A DNA stretch of 62,780 nucleotides from an uncultured Gemmatimonas sp. (GTDB lineage: Bacteria; Gemmatimonadota; Gemmatimonadetes; Gemmatimonadales; Gemmatimonadaceae). Made by a program: the position numbers and the translations under genes. Positions 9,209 through 19,122 of this stretch are shown piece after piece; the first letter of the stretch is position 1; every line of letters starts with the position of its first letter. The notes below the pieces were generated by a model. It saw nothing but the letters and a program-made list of their open reading frames with translations. It was not told the DNA's origin and searched no databases. The stretch is taken from the NCBI GenBank assembly GCA_964586985.1, contig CAZPJX010000001.1, positions 1-62,780 on the forward strand, written 5' to 3'.

Positions 9209-10330
9209 ATGTCTATTTCCCACCGCCTCCAGGTGTCCTCAGCGGCCACCACGGTGTTCGCCGCGGCGTTCACCCTGCTCTCCTCTGCCGCGTGCAGCAG
9301 CCCCGACTCGGCTGCCAAGGACACTGCCGCCACCGGGACCGGTCCCGCTGCGCTGAACCTCGCCGTCACCGCCGACTCGGGCGAATCCCACCTGACCAAC
9401 ATCCGGCAGATCACCAATGGCGGTGAAAATGCCGAGGCCTATTTCAGCCAGGACGGCCAGTGGCTGACGTTCCAGTCCACGAGAGATGGCAACACCTGCG
9501 ATCAGCAGTACACGATGCGGGTGGACGGTACGGAGCTGACCAAGGTGTCACTGGGTGGCAAGACGACCTGCGGCTGGTTCCTGCCCGGCGGAAACCGGTT
9601 GTTCTTCTCCTCGACGCAGGCCGCCGATAGCGCCTGTCCGACCAAGCCGGATCCGTCAAAGGGCTATGTGTGGGGCATCGACAAGTACGACTTCTACACC
9701 GTCGACCGCGATGGCAAGAACCTCACCCGCCTGACCAACTACAACACGTACACGGCCGAAGGCATTCTCTCACCCGACGGCAAGCGCATCGTCTTCACCT
9801 CACTCAAGGACGGTGACCTCGACATCTACACCATGAATGTCGATGGCACGGACGTAAAGCAGCTGACGACGACGCCCGGGTATGACGGCGGTCCGTGGTG
9901 GTCGCCTGATGGCACGAAGATCGTCTATCGCGCCTGGCATTACGACAACCCCGAGGACCTGAAGGCTTATCAGGATCTGCTCAAGCAGGGGATGATCCGT
10001 CCCAACAAGATGGAACTGTTCGTCATGAACGCCGACGGCAGCGACCAGCGGCAGATCACCAAGCTGGGCGGTGCCAACTTCGGTCCCTCATGGACCCCCG
10101 ACGGGCAGCGCATCATCTTCTCCTCGAATCACACGAATCCCCGAAGCCGGAACTTCGATTTGTACATCGTGAACCTCGATGGCACGGGCCTCGAGCAGGT
10201 CACGACCAACGGCGAATTCGATGGCTTCCCCATGTTCAGTCCCGATGGCAAGAAGCTCATCTGGGCTTCCAATCGCGGTGCGGCCCAGGAACACGACACC
10301 AACCTCTTCATCGCGGAGTGGAAGAACTGA
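9209..10330 (+). CDS. TolB-like PD40 beta-propeller lipoprotein
   Basis: Lipobox-like SAAC and repeated (F/W)SPDG..I.F.S blades. ATG at 9209 chosen over the TTG at 9173. Confidence 0.85.
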   Translation: MSISHRLQVSSAATTVFAAAFTLLSSAACSSPDSAAKDTAATGTGPAALNLAVTADSGESHLTNIRQITNGGENAEAYFSQDGQWLTFQSTRDGNTCDQQYTMRVDGTELTKVSLGGKTTCGWFLPGGNRLFFSSTQAADSACPTKPDPSKGYVWGIDKYDFYTVDRDGKNLTRLTNYNTYTAEGILSPDGKRIVFTSLKDGDLDIYTMNVDGTDVKQLTTTPGYDGGPWWSPDGTKIVYRAWHYDNPEDLKAYQDLLKQGMIRPNKMELFVMNADGSDQRQITKLGGANFGPSWTPDGQRIIFSSNHTNPRSRNFDLYIVNLDGTGLEQVTTNGEFDGFPMFSPDGKKLIWASNRGAAQEHDTNLFIAEWKN

Positions 10331-10380
10331 GTTCCGTCGCGTCAGCGCTCGACGGATCGTGTCCTGACAGTTGATGGCGC

Positions 10381-10416
10381 ACGAAGGCCCCGCCGGAATT
10401 CCGGCGGGGCCTTCGT
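10381..10416. terminator. Perfect 36-bp palindrome between convergent genes, probable bidirectional terminator
   Basis: ACGAAGGCCCCGCCGGAATTCCGGCGGGGCCTTCGT between the TolB-like (+) and yceI (-) genes. Confidence 0.75.
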
Positions 10417-10461
10417 CCATTCACAGCTCCTCATTCACGCACCAGCGCTCACGCTCGGCGC

Positions 10462-10977
10462 TCAGGCAGCCGGCGCGGCCTGCACGTCAATGCGCAACTT
10501 CACCTCGTCGCTGACCAGTACGCCGCCGGCTTCGAGCGCGACGTTCCACACAAGGCCCCACTCCTTCCGGGAGATCTTGGTCTCCAGCTCGGCCGACACC
10601 TTCTGATTGCCCCAGGGATCCTTCGCCGGGCCGCCAACGTCTCCCGTCAGCGTCACCGGCTTCGTAATGCCGCGAATGGTCAGGTCGCCGGTGGCCGTGA
10701 CATCGCCACCATCGCGCTGAAAGGAGGTCAGCACGAAGGTCGCCTTGGGGTAGTTGGCAACGTCAAAGAAGTCCGCGCTGCGGAGATGTTCGTCACGCTG
10801 GCCGTTCCCGGTCGTGAGGGATGCCACGTCGATGTCGACGGTCACGCCCTTGACCACGCCATTGCTGTCCTCGATGCTGCCAGCGAACTGACCGAAGGTA
10901 CCGCGAACGGTCGAGATGCCCATGTGTCGTACGGAGAACTGGATCTGGCTGTGTGCGGGGTCAAAGGTCCACTGCAT
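10462..10977 (-). CDS. yceI: YceI family polyisoprenoid-binding protein (no signal peptide)
   Basis: W.FDPAHS..F.VRHM, RDEHLRSADFFD..YP and GDLTIRG motifs. Confidence 0.93.
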   Translation of the reverse strand: MQWTFDPAHSQIQFSVRHMGISTVRGTFGQFAGSIEDSNGVVKGVTVDIDVASLTTGNGQRDEHLRSADFFDVANYPKATFVLTSFQRDGGDVTATGDLTIRGITKPVTLTGDVGGPAKDPWGNQKVSAELETKISRKEWGLVWNVALEAGGVLVSDEVKLRIDVQAAPAA

Positions 10978-11010
10978 GGGAGCTCCTGAAAGTCTGTTGT
11001 GATACCACTG

Positions 11011-11052
11011 TCTTAGTACTAAGAAATATAGTCAAACGAAAGGCCCCGTCAA
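11011..11052 (-). promoter_or_regulatory. yceI sigma70-like promoter with palindromic operator
   Basis: Minus strand TTGACG-N16-TATATT, immediately followed by the perfect palindrome TCTTAGTACTAAGA (11011-11024). Confidence 0.65.
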
Positions 11053-11081
11053 GAGGCCTTCTGAATCCCGCTTCGGCCGGT

Positions 11082-11612
11082 TCAGTCCGTGCCGTCGTCC
11101 GGTAGGCTCATCTTGACGGCCGCTCGGCCCATGGCCTTGAGAATTGTGGTCGCGGCCTGCTGATCTTCGACCGAAACCCCGCTCATGACGCGCGCCAGCT
11201 CCCGGGCATGCACCGGGAACATCCGCACCACCAGCTCGCGGCCCTGGTCGGTCAGGGCTGCATACCGGGCGCGGCGATCACTGTCGCAGGCCCTCCGCTC
11301 CACCAGCCCCTTGGCGGTGAGCCTGTCCACAAGGAAGGTGATTCCGCCGCTCGACACCAGGATGCGTCGCTGCACTTCGCCCAGCAGCATCGGGCCGCGA
11401 TGGTAGAGCGCTTCCAGAATGCCAAACTCAGCCAATGTGAGCCCGTGGCGAGACACATCGGCCGCCACATGCGCCTGCACCGCAGACTGGGCTCGATTCA
11501 TGATCACCCACAGCCGCAGCGCCGCCAGCGTAGTCGGATCGACGTTTGGCTCGTGCGCCTCGGCATGCCGCTCAGGGGCGCTTGCATTGATTGGTCGCGT
11601 GATGGTCGCCAT
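11082..11612 (-). CDS. MarR family transcriptional regulator (MhqR-like)
   Basis: HGLTLAEFGILEALYHRGP...ILVSSGGITFLVDRL..KGLVER...DRR. ATG at 11612 with AGGGA RBS. Confidence 0.9.
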   Translation of the reverse strand: MATITRPINASAPERHAEAHEPNVDPTTLAALRLWVIMNRAQSAVQAHVAADVSRHGLTLAEFGILEALYHRGPMLLGEVQRRILVSSGGITFLVDRLTAKGLVERRACDSDRRARYAALTDQGRELVVRMFPVHARELARVMSGVSVEDQQAATTILKAMGRAAVKMSLPDDGTD

Positions 11613-11887
11613 GATTCCCTGAAGCCTCAACAATAAGAGCGCTCTTCGCAAGTGCTAAGATGATCAGTGGTGCCGCTTTAGGTCCGAATTGTCACCGCCG
11701 GATCCCATAACCGACTATATCAAATTAGCAAATTTGCAGTGGTGCTCTAGTAACCCCCAAAGAACATCTGTGAAAGTTATCGCGAACATGAAGAGTTGGT
11801 GATGATAGTGCACAATCGGACCCGGCTCGGTTAGGTTTCTGGGGCCGACCGCCGATCTGGTCGGTGCACCTTACGCGAGGAGGCGTG

Positions 11888-12097
11888 ATGCGAAAGCCAC
11901 GACCGAACACGTACAACCCAGCGCAGGCGCTGCACCTGATCGCCGCGGACCGCACTGGGCTTCCTTTGAGCTGCCCCTCCTGTTCCGGGCATATCGACCG
12001 CGACCCCGTTGCTCATCCGCCACCGCCGAATTCGCACGTGACACTGAAGTGTGCGAGCTGTGGGCGTTTGGCGCGGTACATCGCCGGTCTGAACTGA
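11888..12097 (+). CDS. Small (69 aa) zinc-ribbon-like protein
   Basis: GAGGAGG RBS, two CxxC pairs (CPSC, CASC) and a downstream hairpin. Confidence 0.7.
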   Translation: MRKPRPNTYNPAQALHLIAADRTGLPLSCPSCSGHIDRDPVAHPPPPNSHVTLKCASCGRLARYIAGLN

Positions 12098-12146
12098 CTC
12101 CTGCTCGCAGCCGAGACCGATTCGTCGGTGTCGCTGCACCCAACAG

Positions 12147-12178
12147 AACGCCCCGTCCGGACCTCCGGACGGGGCGTT
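12147..12178. terminator. GC-rich hairpin between convergent genes
   Basis: AACGCCCCGTCCGGA-CC-TCCGGACGGGGCGTT. Confidence 0.75.
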
Positions 12179-12203
12179 TGTCATACACGAGCTGCCACCC
12201 ACT

Positions 12204-12482
12204 TCACCAGTTGATCGTGCCCTGCTTGCTGGTGTCCACGTCTTCGTTCTCGTCAGTCTTGAACAGGAAGGCTTCCATGTTGCGCGTCAGGTAGGTGCGC
12301 GCCTGTGGGTCCATCACGTTCAGGCCATAGTGGTTGATCAGCTTGGTCTGCTGCTTGAGCCACTGGCCCCAGCATTCCTTGCAGATTTCTCCCACGATGC
12401 GAGCCCCGAGGGCGCCAGGAAACGGTGGGCGCTCAAACCCCTCGTGGGTCTGACCGCAACGGGTGCAGGAAATCGTTGCCAT
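12204..12482 (-). CDS. yggX: Oxidative damage protection / Fe(II)-trafficking protein (YggX family)
   Basis: PPFPGALG.RI...I...CW..WLKQQT.LINHY.LN..DP.AR..L...ME.FLF. Start at ATG 12482. Confidence 0.88.
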   Translation of the reverse strand: MATISCTRCGQTHEGFERPPFPGALGARIVGEICKECWGQWLKQQTKLINHYGLNVMDPQARTYLTRNMEAFLFKTDENEDVDTSKQGTINW

Positions 12483-12484
12483 GC

Positions 12485-13258
12485 TTACTCCGCAATACGG
12501 ACATGCGCGCCTTCGCGCGCGTATTTCACCCGAGCCAGTCCGAAGAACGACAGCAGCTTGATGTACATCCAGCCGATGTCGAACTCGAACCACCGGTGTG
12601 CGAACTTCGCCGAGTGTGGGTCGGCGTGATGATTGTTGTGCAACTCCTCACCGGCGATGATGATGCCGATGGGCGAGATGTTCCGACTCGCATCCTTCAC
12701 GTCGTGATTGCGATAGCCGAGGGCGTGCCCGATCCCGTTGATGACCCCGGCGGCCCAGAACGGGATCCAGATCATCTGCACTGCCCACACCACGGGGCCG
12801 GTGAACCAGCCGAAGAGCCAGATGTCGATGGCGAGCATGACGAGGATACCCACACTGGAGCGCTTGTCGAGCAGATGTCGCTCGAGCCAGTCCTCGGGGG
12901 TGCCCTTGCCGTACTTCTCCAGCACGCCAGGCTGCCGCACGGCCTTCCGGTAGTAGAACGCCCCCTTCAACAGCACATTGCGCAGCCCCTCCACAACCGG
13001 GCTATGCGGGTCGCCTTCCCGGTCTGAAAAGGCATGATGCTTCCGATGACAGGCCACCCACTCCTTCGTGCGGATCGCCGTGGTCAGCCAGAGCCAGACC
13101 CGCATCGGCAGTTCGACAAGACGATGAAACTGCACTCCGCGATGTGTTTGCGAGCGGTGCAGAAAGAGCGTGACGCAGATGTTGGTGAGGTGACCCGCAA
13201 CGAGGATAAAGACGACCGGCTTCCACCAGTCGGTTCCCCAACTTCCGAATTCGGGCAT
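12485..13258 (-). CDS. Delta-9-type acyl-lipid/acyl-CoA fatty acid desaturase
   Basis: His boxes HRSQTH, HRKHH (DPHSP) and HNNHH; EFDIGW. Confidence 0.92.
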   Translation of the reverse strand: MPEFGSWGTDWWKPVVFILVAGHLTNICVTLFLHRSQTHRGVQFHRLVELPMRVWLWLTTAIRTKEWVACHRKHHAFSDREGDPHSPVVEGLRNVLLKGAFYYRKAVRQPGVLEKYGKGTPEDWLERHLLDKRSSVGILVMLAIDIWLFGWFTGPVVWAVQMIWIPFWAAGVINGIGHALGYRNHDVKDASRNISPIGIIIAGEELHNNHHADPHSAKFAHRWFEFDIGWMYIKLLSFFGLARVKYAREGAHVRIAE

Positions 13259-13329
13259 GGAACGACTCCAAACGATGACGACGAAACGGCCGAGCAACGG
13301 GGAAAGCTAGTGCGTGTCCACCAGCGATG

Positions 13330-14232
13330 TCACCTCTCGCCGCCATCCCCCTCGAAGCGCCGAAACCATGCCAGCGTCGCCTCGGCCACGATATCACGGC
13401 AGTAGTCGGCCGAAATGATATGTCCGCAGCCCGTCAGCCATTGCTGCATCTTCACCGCACTCCCGATGCGTCCGAAATACCGCCGAGCCTGCGAGACGGA
13501 GATGCGGTTGTCCTCTCGTGACTGCAGATAGAGCGTGGGCACCGTGAGCGTTGGCAATGCGGCATGGGCCATGTGGGCAATGTCGCGGAGCCCGCCCAGT
13601 GCATCCGCGGTCACGATGCCGGGCCCCAGCGCCTGGGCACGCGCCTCGGGGTCGTGTATGGAGCGTTCGGCCCCCCGGCTTCGCTGGTAGGGCGTGAACC
13701 ATTCGAGCAGCTCCGCACCATAGGTCTGCCACCACAGCCCGAAAGGCATGCCCAGATAGGGGGCCAGCAGCACCAGGGCACGCTGATCGGCGGTCGCATG
13801 CGCTTGAAGTACCGCCAGCGCCCCGCCCATGCTCTGGCCGCAGAGGTGCACCATCTGGTGCGACCGCTGAAGGGCCGCGTAGGCGTCCCGTATGCACCCA
13901 CGCCAGGCATCCGCATGACCATCACGTGCCAATTCAGCGAGCGACCCGCCGTGCCCCGGCAGCCGCGGCACGGAGACGGTATACCCTGCAGCGTGCAACA
14001 CCACGGCGAGATACCGCAACGACTGCGGCGTGTCGTTGAAGCCATGGACCAGCAGCACGGCGATACCGTTCACGCCTGCCAGATGAATCGACTCGGCGCC
14101 ACGCACGATCCCGTGGACATCCCGCGGGCGCCGTGCCTGATCCTCCCGCTCAAGCCGTGCGGCGCGCGAACGGCGACCTGTCTGCCACATCTCCCGCACT
14201 CGTTCCAGGATCATCGTGATGCCCGCCGACAC
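13330..14232 (-). CDS. Alpha/beta hydrolase (carboxylesterase/monoacylglycerol lipase-like)
   Basis: VHGF, LPGHG, GQSMGG nucleophile, D and GH triad motifs. Confidence 0.88.
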   Translation of the reverse strand: MSAGITMILERVREMWQTGRRSRAARLEREDQARRPRDVHGIVRGAESIHLAGVNGIAVLLVHGFNDTPQSLRYLAVVLHAAGYTVSVPRLPGHGGSLAELARDGHADAWRGCIRDAYAALQRSHQMVHLCGQSMGGALAVLQAHATADQRALVLLAPYLGMPFGLWWQTYGAELLEWFTPYQRSRGAERSIHDPEARAQALGPGIVTADALGGLRDIAHMAHAALPTLTVPTLYLQSREDNRISVSQARRYFGRIGSAVKMQQWLTGCGHIISADYCRDIVAEATLAWFRRFEGDGGER

Positions 14233-14556
14233 TCAGTACCGCAGGATATCCGGGTTCACGTGCATGCTCCAGGCATCGATCCCCCCTGCGATATTCACCA
14301 GATCCTGAAAGCCCTGCTGCAACATCCAGTTGGCCGCCATCGCACTCCGCACGCCGTGGTGGCAGAGCAGTGCATAAGACCCTGCCGGATCGAGCCTCTC
14401 GATGCGTTCGGGGAGTTCCGCGAGGGGAATCAGCATGCTGGGCTCGATGTGCGCGAGACCATACTCCCACGGCTCGCGCACGTCGATGATCGTGGGTGGT
14501 GTGTCACCCGCGAGTCGCGCCGCGACCTCGGTGGGATGGAGATGCGCAATCGCCAT
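14233..14556 (-). CDS. Single-domain rhodanese
   Basis: IDVREPWE, CHHGVRS and GGIDAW. Confidence 0.92.
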   Translation of the reverse strand: MAIAHLHPTEVAARLAGDTPPTIIDVREPWEYGLAHIEPSMLIPLAELPERIERLDPAGSYALLCHHGVRSAMAANWMLQQGFQDLVNIAGGIDAWSMHVNPDILRY

Positions 14557-14579
14557 GCGTGGACGTTGGTGTGGGGAGG

Positions 14580-16817
14580 TTAGCGACGGGGAGCGGTTTC
14601 AAGAGCCGTGCGCGCACGCTGCATTGCCGCGCTCGCGGCATCGAAGCGTTGAACGAGGTCGGTGATTTCCGCGACGGTTTCCGCTTCCGTCCCATAACGG
14701 ATGGCTTCATTCACGCCGGGAAACACCATCGAGGAATATCCATTGTCCACGTCGGCCGCATAGATGAGCGTGCGATACCACGGACGACTCTTGAGCCCCG
14801 CATCGCGTGCGAAGGCTCGCTCCACCGACAGCAGGGCGGCATTCGCCGCATCCTTCTGCGCCTTCGTCACCCCTTTGGCCAGGGTGGCATCGCGCGTGGT
14901 CGCGAACTGGGAGGCGGCGTCGCGCAGCCTGGTGATCGCTGCCGTCAGCGGCGCGACAGCGCGAGTGCTCCAGCCCTTCTGCGTCAGCCCACGCTCCACT
15001 GGCGTGATGTATCGCAGCATCGTCTGCGCGAACTCCACGTAGTCATAGGGCAGCACCTCCGCGTTGGCGAGACGCAGCGCCATGGCAGCGCCGATTCGTC
15101 CCGACGCCGCATGATACATGAAGTCCGGATCACCGAAGCGTTCCATCCACGCAAAGGTGTCATAGGCCGAATGGTAGGTGCCGGCCGGTCCGCCGAACCC
15201 CCAGTCCGCCGTGGGTACGCCGAAGTGATTGTAGAACCCGGCAAAGTCGCTGCCACCACCGGGATCACCCATGTTCGGTTCGAGGGAATCGGCCCGTGTG
15301 CCGGACGTGAGCCGCCAGGCCTGATAGACCGACCCTCGCCCCTGGGGGTCAGGTACGCTTTTCACAATGTCGCGCAGTACCGCACGCAGTGATGGCGTTC
15401 CACCACCACCGAACTGCGATCCCTGTGCCGACACGTCCTGGTTGAGGTACGCCACGGCACCCTTCTTGAGACGTAATGAATCGTCTTCCACGTACTCGGT
15501 GCTCCCCACCAATCCCCATTCCTCCGCATCCCAGGTCGCGAAGACAATGCTGCGCTTGGGACGCAGACCCTTCTTCGCCATGTCCGCCAGCGCATTGGCT
15601 GCTTCGAGGATGCTGACGGTCCCGCTGATATTGTCCGCAGCGCCGGGACCCCACGAATCACGATGTCCGCCAAGGTAGATGTACTGATCGGGATACTCGG
15701 TCCCGCGTAGATAGGCGAGCGTATTGTGAATCTGCTTCGTGCCCCGTGTGGCCCGATCGGTGACCACTTCCACCTTCACCCGAACGGGCCCCGGCCCGAT
15801 GTGATAGCGCAATCCCATGCCACCCTGCCAGTTGCGGGGAATGTCCGTGCCCCGCACCTGGGACAGCAACTGCTCGGCGTTGTAGGCACTCACCGGCACC
15901 ACGGGGATCTTCGGGAGCGACGTTTCCTCCGGCGTGAGACGCGGCGCTCCAGGCTTGCTCGCGTACCCCGGTGTCAGCGGATCGCCGGTCCCATTGAACA
16001 CGCTGCCGCGCTGCAGGCCGCGCAACGGGCGCATCGGCCCATCGGGGTAGATGTCCCCCTGCACGAATCCATCATCGAGCGGATCCGTGTAGATGAGCAC
16101 CGCCACGGCCCCCCGCTTCTCCGCCTCTCTAGCCTTGATGCCGCGGAAGCTGCGACCATACCGCGCCAATACCACCTTGCCCTTCACCGACACGCCTAGC
16201 GAATCGAGCGTCGCATAGTCCTCGATCAGCCCGAAGTTGACGAACACCAACTCCCCTTCCCCAATACCATCCCCCGTGGATCCATTCGCCGTGGGATACT
16301 GTGGAAACTGGGTGGCAGGATCGCCGGGAATCGGCGGCTCGGCGAGCTCCAGCGCTACCGTGTCGCGTCCCATCCGCGTGATCGTCACGCTGGTCGCGTG
16401 CGGCAGCCACACATCGTAGGTCCGCACTTCCGTCTCGAGACCCATGGCCTTCATCTGCGCAATGACATAATCGCGCGTACGCTCCTGCGCGGCCGTGCCC
16501 GCCACGTGTGGCTCGCGCGAAAGCGTGGCGGAATGCGCGCGGGCCCGGGCGGGCAGTGGACCCGCGATCGCCTGCTGTTCGAGTTGCCGCTGGGCTGCTG
16601 CCGTCGCCGGTGCATAGCCCGGAATCGTTGGCAGGGAGCCAGGCGCGGATTGGGCATGGGCTGCCCCCGCAGCCGAAAGTGTCAGGCCGAACCACAGCGC
16701 GGGCGTTCGTGCGGACGCGAGCACGGACCTGACCGCGGGCAGCACGACGCGCGGCAAACGCGAGACGCATGTGCTGCTGACGCAATGCAGGGAGCGTGCA
16801 GAGGGGGTAGCGGACAC
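14580..16817 (-). CDS. M28 family metallopeptidase (glutamate carboxypeptidase II / TfR-like with PA domain), secreted
   Basis: PHVAGT, GHRDSW, GAADN.SG, WDAEEWG, YLNQD, GSDF and YHS. Likely start GTG 16817 with GGAG RBS (start uncertain). Confidence 0.9.
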   Translation of the reverse strand: MSATPSARSLHCVSSTCVSRLPRVVLPAVRSVLASARTPALWFGLTLSAAGAAHAQSAPGSLPTIPGYAPATAAAQRQLEQQAIAGPLPARARAHSATLSREPHVAGTAAQERTRDYVIAQMKAMGLETEVRTYDVWLPHATSVTITRMGRDTVALELAEPPIPGDPATQFPQYPTANGSTGDGIGEGELVFVNFGLIEDYATLDSLGVSVKGKVVLARYGRSFRGIKAREAEKRGAVAVLIYTDPLDDGFVQGDIYPDGPMRPLRGLQRGSVFNGTGDPLTPGYASKPGAPRLTPEETSLPKIPVVPVSAYNAEQLLSQVRGTDIPRNWQGGMGLRYHIGPGPVRVKVEVVTDRATRGTKQIHNTLAYLRGTEYPDQYIYLGGHRDSWGPGAADNISGTVSILEAANALADMAKKGLRPKRSIVFATWDAEEWGLVGSTEYVEDDSLRLKKGAVAYLNQDVSAQGSQFGGGGTPSLRAVLRDIVKSVPDPQGRGSVYQAWRLTSGTRADSLEPNMGDPGGGSDFAGFYNHFGVPTADWGFGGPAGTYHSAYDTFAWMERFGDPDFMYHAASGRIGAAMALRLANAEVLPYDYVEFAQTMLRYITPVERGLTQKGWSTRAVAPLTAAITRLRDAASQFATTRDATLAKGVTKAQKDAANAALLSVERAFARDAGLKSRPWYRTLIYAADVDNGYSSMVFPGVNEAIRYGTEAETVAEITDLVQRFDAASAAMQRARTALETAPRR

Positions 16818-16893
16818 AAGGCACTCCGGAAGGATGGGGGGTATCTCCAGACGCTCGTCGCTTTCCCGATGGCTCGCAAGACCCGCGGCCGAA

Positions 16894-17499
16894 TCAGTCG
16901 GCTTCGTACTCCTCCACCGCTCGGAGCAACGCCTGCTGTAGCACCGCCTCACGATCGTCGCCATCGGGGAGCGCCACGGAGAGCGCGGCGAACTGGCGCT
17001 GCATTTCATCTTCGAGCTGGGCGGTAGTCGGAGACTGGAGCCCGAGCACCGCGAGGGACAGGACCGACAAATCACGAAGCTGGCGGATGGTTTCCTCTTC
17101 CAGCGCCGCCAGTGTTGCGGGACGCGTCGCCGCCGGCGGTTTCTCCCGACGCCGGCGCGGGACCTCGAACAGGGCCCGCACCGACGCGAGGGTCACCACG
17201 AACGAACCAGGGGTGTGCTCCGCATATCCCGCGATGACGTTCCGCCGTCGCAGGGAGGGCAGCAGCCGAACAATCGCTTCGCGTACAGGCGAGTACCCCT
17301 CTTCACTCTTGTTGCCGCGTCCGGTGATCACGAGCGCCTCGTCTGCACCCTGCACCTGCTGTTCGCGCAACCACTGCTCACAGAGTGCCGTGGCCTGCAG
17401 CGCCGTGGGCTGCAGACCACGAAGGTTCAGTGTACGCCCCGATCCGAAGCGGAGTTCGTCGAAGGCGCGATCGATGGACATAGCGGAAACATTCCGCAT
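16894..17499 (-). CDS. Smr/MutS2 C-terminal domain protein
   Basis: TLNLRG, VITGRGNKS and PGSFVV motifs. Confidence 0.8.
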   Translation of the reverse strand: MRNVSAMSIDRAFDELRFGSGRTLNLRGLQPTALQATALCEQWLREQQVQGADEALVITGRGNKSEEGYSPVREAIVRLLPSLRRRNVIAGYAEHTPGSFVVTLASVRALFEVPRRRREKPPAATRPATLAALEEETIRQLRDLSVLSLAVLGLQSPTTAQLEDEMQRQFAALSVALPDGDDREAVLQQALLRAVEEYEAD

Positions 17500-17523
17500 T
17501 GGGCGGCCGCTGTACAGCGGCGC

Positions 17524-19122
17524 TCAGCGTTTCCGGGGTGCAGGCAGGATCATCCGCAGCACCCTGCCGTCGATGGGTTCGATGGGCTCCACGCCCACGA
17601 TCTCGGCAAGCGTCGGTGCAATGTCCACCGAGCGAATCGGTTGGGCATACCGTCCTGGCGTGATCATCGGCCCCATGAAGAGAATCGGGATGTGCGCATC
17701 GAGATCGTAGGGCGTGCCGTGTGTGGCATACCGGGTGGCGGCGGGATAGAAGCCCTCCTTGAACGTCACCGTCAGGACGGCCTGCAGATCAGGAGGCACC
17801 GACTGGAACCAGCGGCGTGCGATCTTGTCCCCCTGGGCGGCCTTGGCCGCGAGCTGCTCCACCCGATCCACCCGCGCCATGCCGGGCAGTGCGAGGAGCG
17901 CGGCGCGCAGCGCACGCACGGTCGAATCCGCATCGACACCACCCGCCCGGAAGCGCGCCCGATCCAGCATGATGACCCCCGACTGCAGCCGAAGTGCATC
18001 GGCCTCCACGCCACGTATCTCAAGCTCGCGGCGTGCTGCATTCATCAGCGGGCGTACGTCGACACGACCACGATGGGGATCATCGCCGCTGAACGCCATC
18101 TCCGGAAGCGGAGTGACTCCATGGTCCGCACTGAGCGCAAAGACGATACGGCTGGAGTCGCGGAGCTTGTACAAGGAATCGATGAGACGACCCAGCGCGC
18201 GATCGGTCCGCAGGATCTGGTCGTGCAGCTCCAGCGAACCCGGTCCATAGGCATGGCCAATGGCGTCGACCGTCGACAGCGACACTGACAGCACGTCGGT
18301 ACTCGGCCCCTTGCCAAGCCCCAGCGCCTCGAGTCCCTCGAGTGCCAGGTCCACCGTGATCTCGTCCATCCACGGAAAGTCCGTGAAGCGATACGTCCCC
18401 TCCCGACGATCGGCCGGCAGGGTGTGCGGGAAGGTGTAGTCCTTGCCAAGGTGTTCGAAGGGGACGGAATCGGCCTCGGTGTACTCCGAGGCCGGCAGCA
18501 GCAGGTTCCAGTCGGTGCCGAGGTACTTCGCCGTGACATCACGCGCATTGAAGCGCTGCACCCAGCTTGGCAGTGTGTCGGCGTAGTATCGGCTGGTGGT
18601 GAATCGGCCGTCGAGCGAATACCAGTAGACCTGCTGCTTGGCACGACCCAGCGGGAGGATGGCGCCGCGATCCTTCCGGGATACCGACAAGGCCTGGCTG
18701 CGCGCATCGCGGGTGCGCACCCAATCGAAGAATGCCGAACCTCTGAAGCGATAGGGCGACGCCCCGTTCCCACGCCCGAACAGCAGCGGAGCCTGCGGAT
18801 CGGCGACGCCCAGCTCGTTCAGCACGACGCCGGTGTGCGACGGGAAGCGACCGGACCAGAGCGTCGCATGTCCCGGCGCCGTCTCGGTGACCGCATGGTC
18901 GTGGTACGCCTGCGTGAAAAAGGCGCCCCGATCGAGAAAGCGGGCGAGCCCCCCCGTGAGCTGGTGCCGAAACCGGTCGAGGTAGTCGGGCCGCAGTTGA
19001 TCGATCGTAACCTGTACGACCAGGGTGGGTTTGTCCTGACCCGCGAGTGGCGGAGGTAACGCGGCGCTGACAATGGCGAACGCGGCGAGGAGACACCGCT
19101 GAAAAGTGCGGAAAGTGTGCAT
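17524..19122 (-). CDS. Alkaline phosphatase family protein (PafA/nucleotide pyrophosphatase-like), secreted
   Basis: IDQLR, TETAPGHAT (Thr nucleophile), S.KDR, D.IGH.YG, ADHG and THG. Confidence 0.9.
   Translation of the reverse strand: MHTFRTFQRCLLAAFAIVSAALPPPLAGQDKPTLVVQVTIDQLRPDYLDRFRHQLTGGLARFLDRGAFFTQAYHDHAVTETAPGHATLWSGRFPSHTGVVLNELGVADPQAPLLFGRGNGASPYRFRGSAFFDWVRTRDARSQALSVSRKDRGAILPLGRAKQQVYWYSLDGRFTTSRYYADTLPSWVQRFNARDVTAKYLGTDWNLLLPASEYTEADSVPFEHLGKDYTFPHTLPADRREGTYRFTDFPWMDEITVDLALEGLEALGLGKGPSTDVLSVSLSTVDAIGHAYGPGSLELHDQILRTDRALGRLIDSLYKLRDSSRIVFALSADHGVTPLPEMAFSGDDPHRGRVDVRPLMNAARRELEIRGVEADALRLQSGVIMLDRARFRAGGVDADSTVRALRAALLALPGMARVDRVEQLAAKAAQGDKIARRWFQSVPPDLQAVLTVTFKEGFYPAATRYATHGTPYDLDAHIPILFMGPMITPGRYAQPIRSVDIAPTLAEIVGVEPIEPIDGRVLRMILPAPRKR

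Noticed and set aside
11888-12097. Zinc-ribbon protein as a LysW carrier for the short ArgB/ArgC enzymes
   Set aside because: It lacks the acidic EDWGE C-terminus, and no LysX/ArgX ligase is present in the window.
16818-17075. Apparent 180-bp overlap of the M28 ORF with the Smr gene
   Set aside because: It is an artefact of taking the most upstream start; a GTG at 16817 with an RBS removes the overlap.
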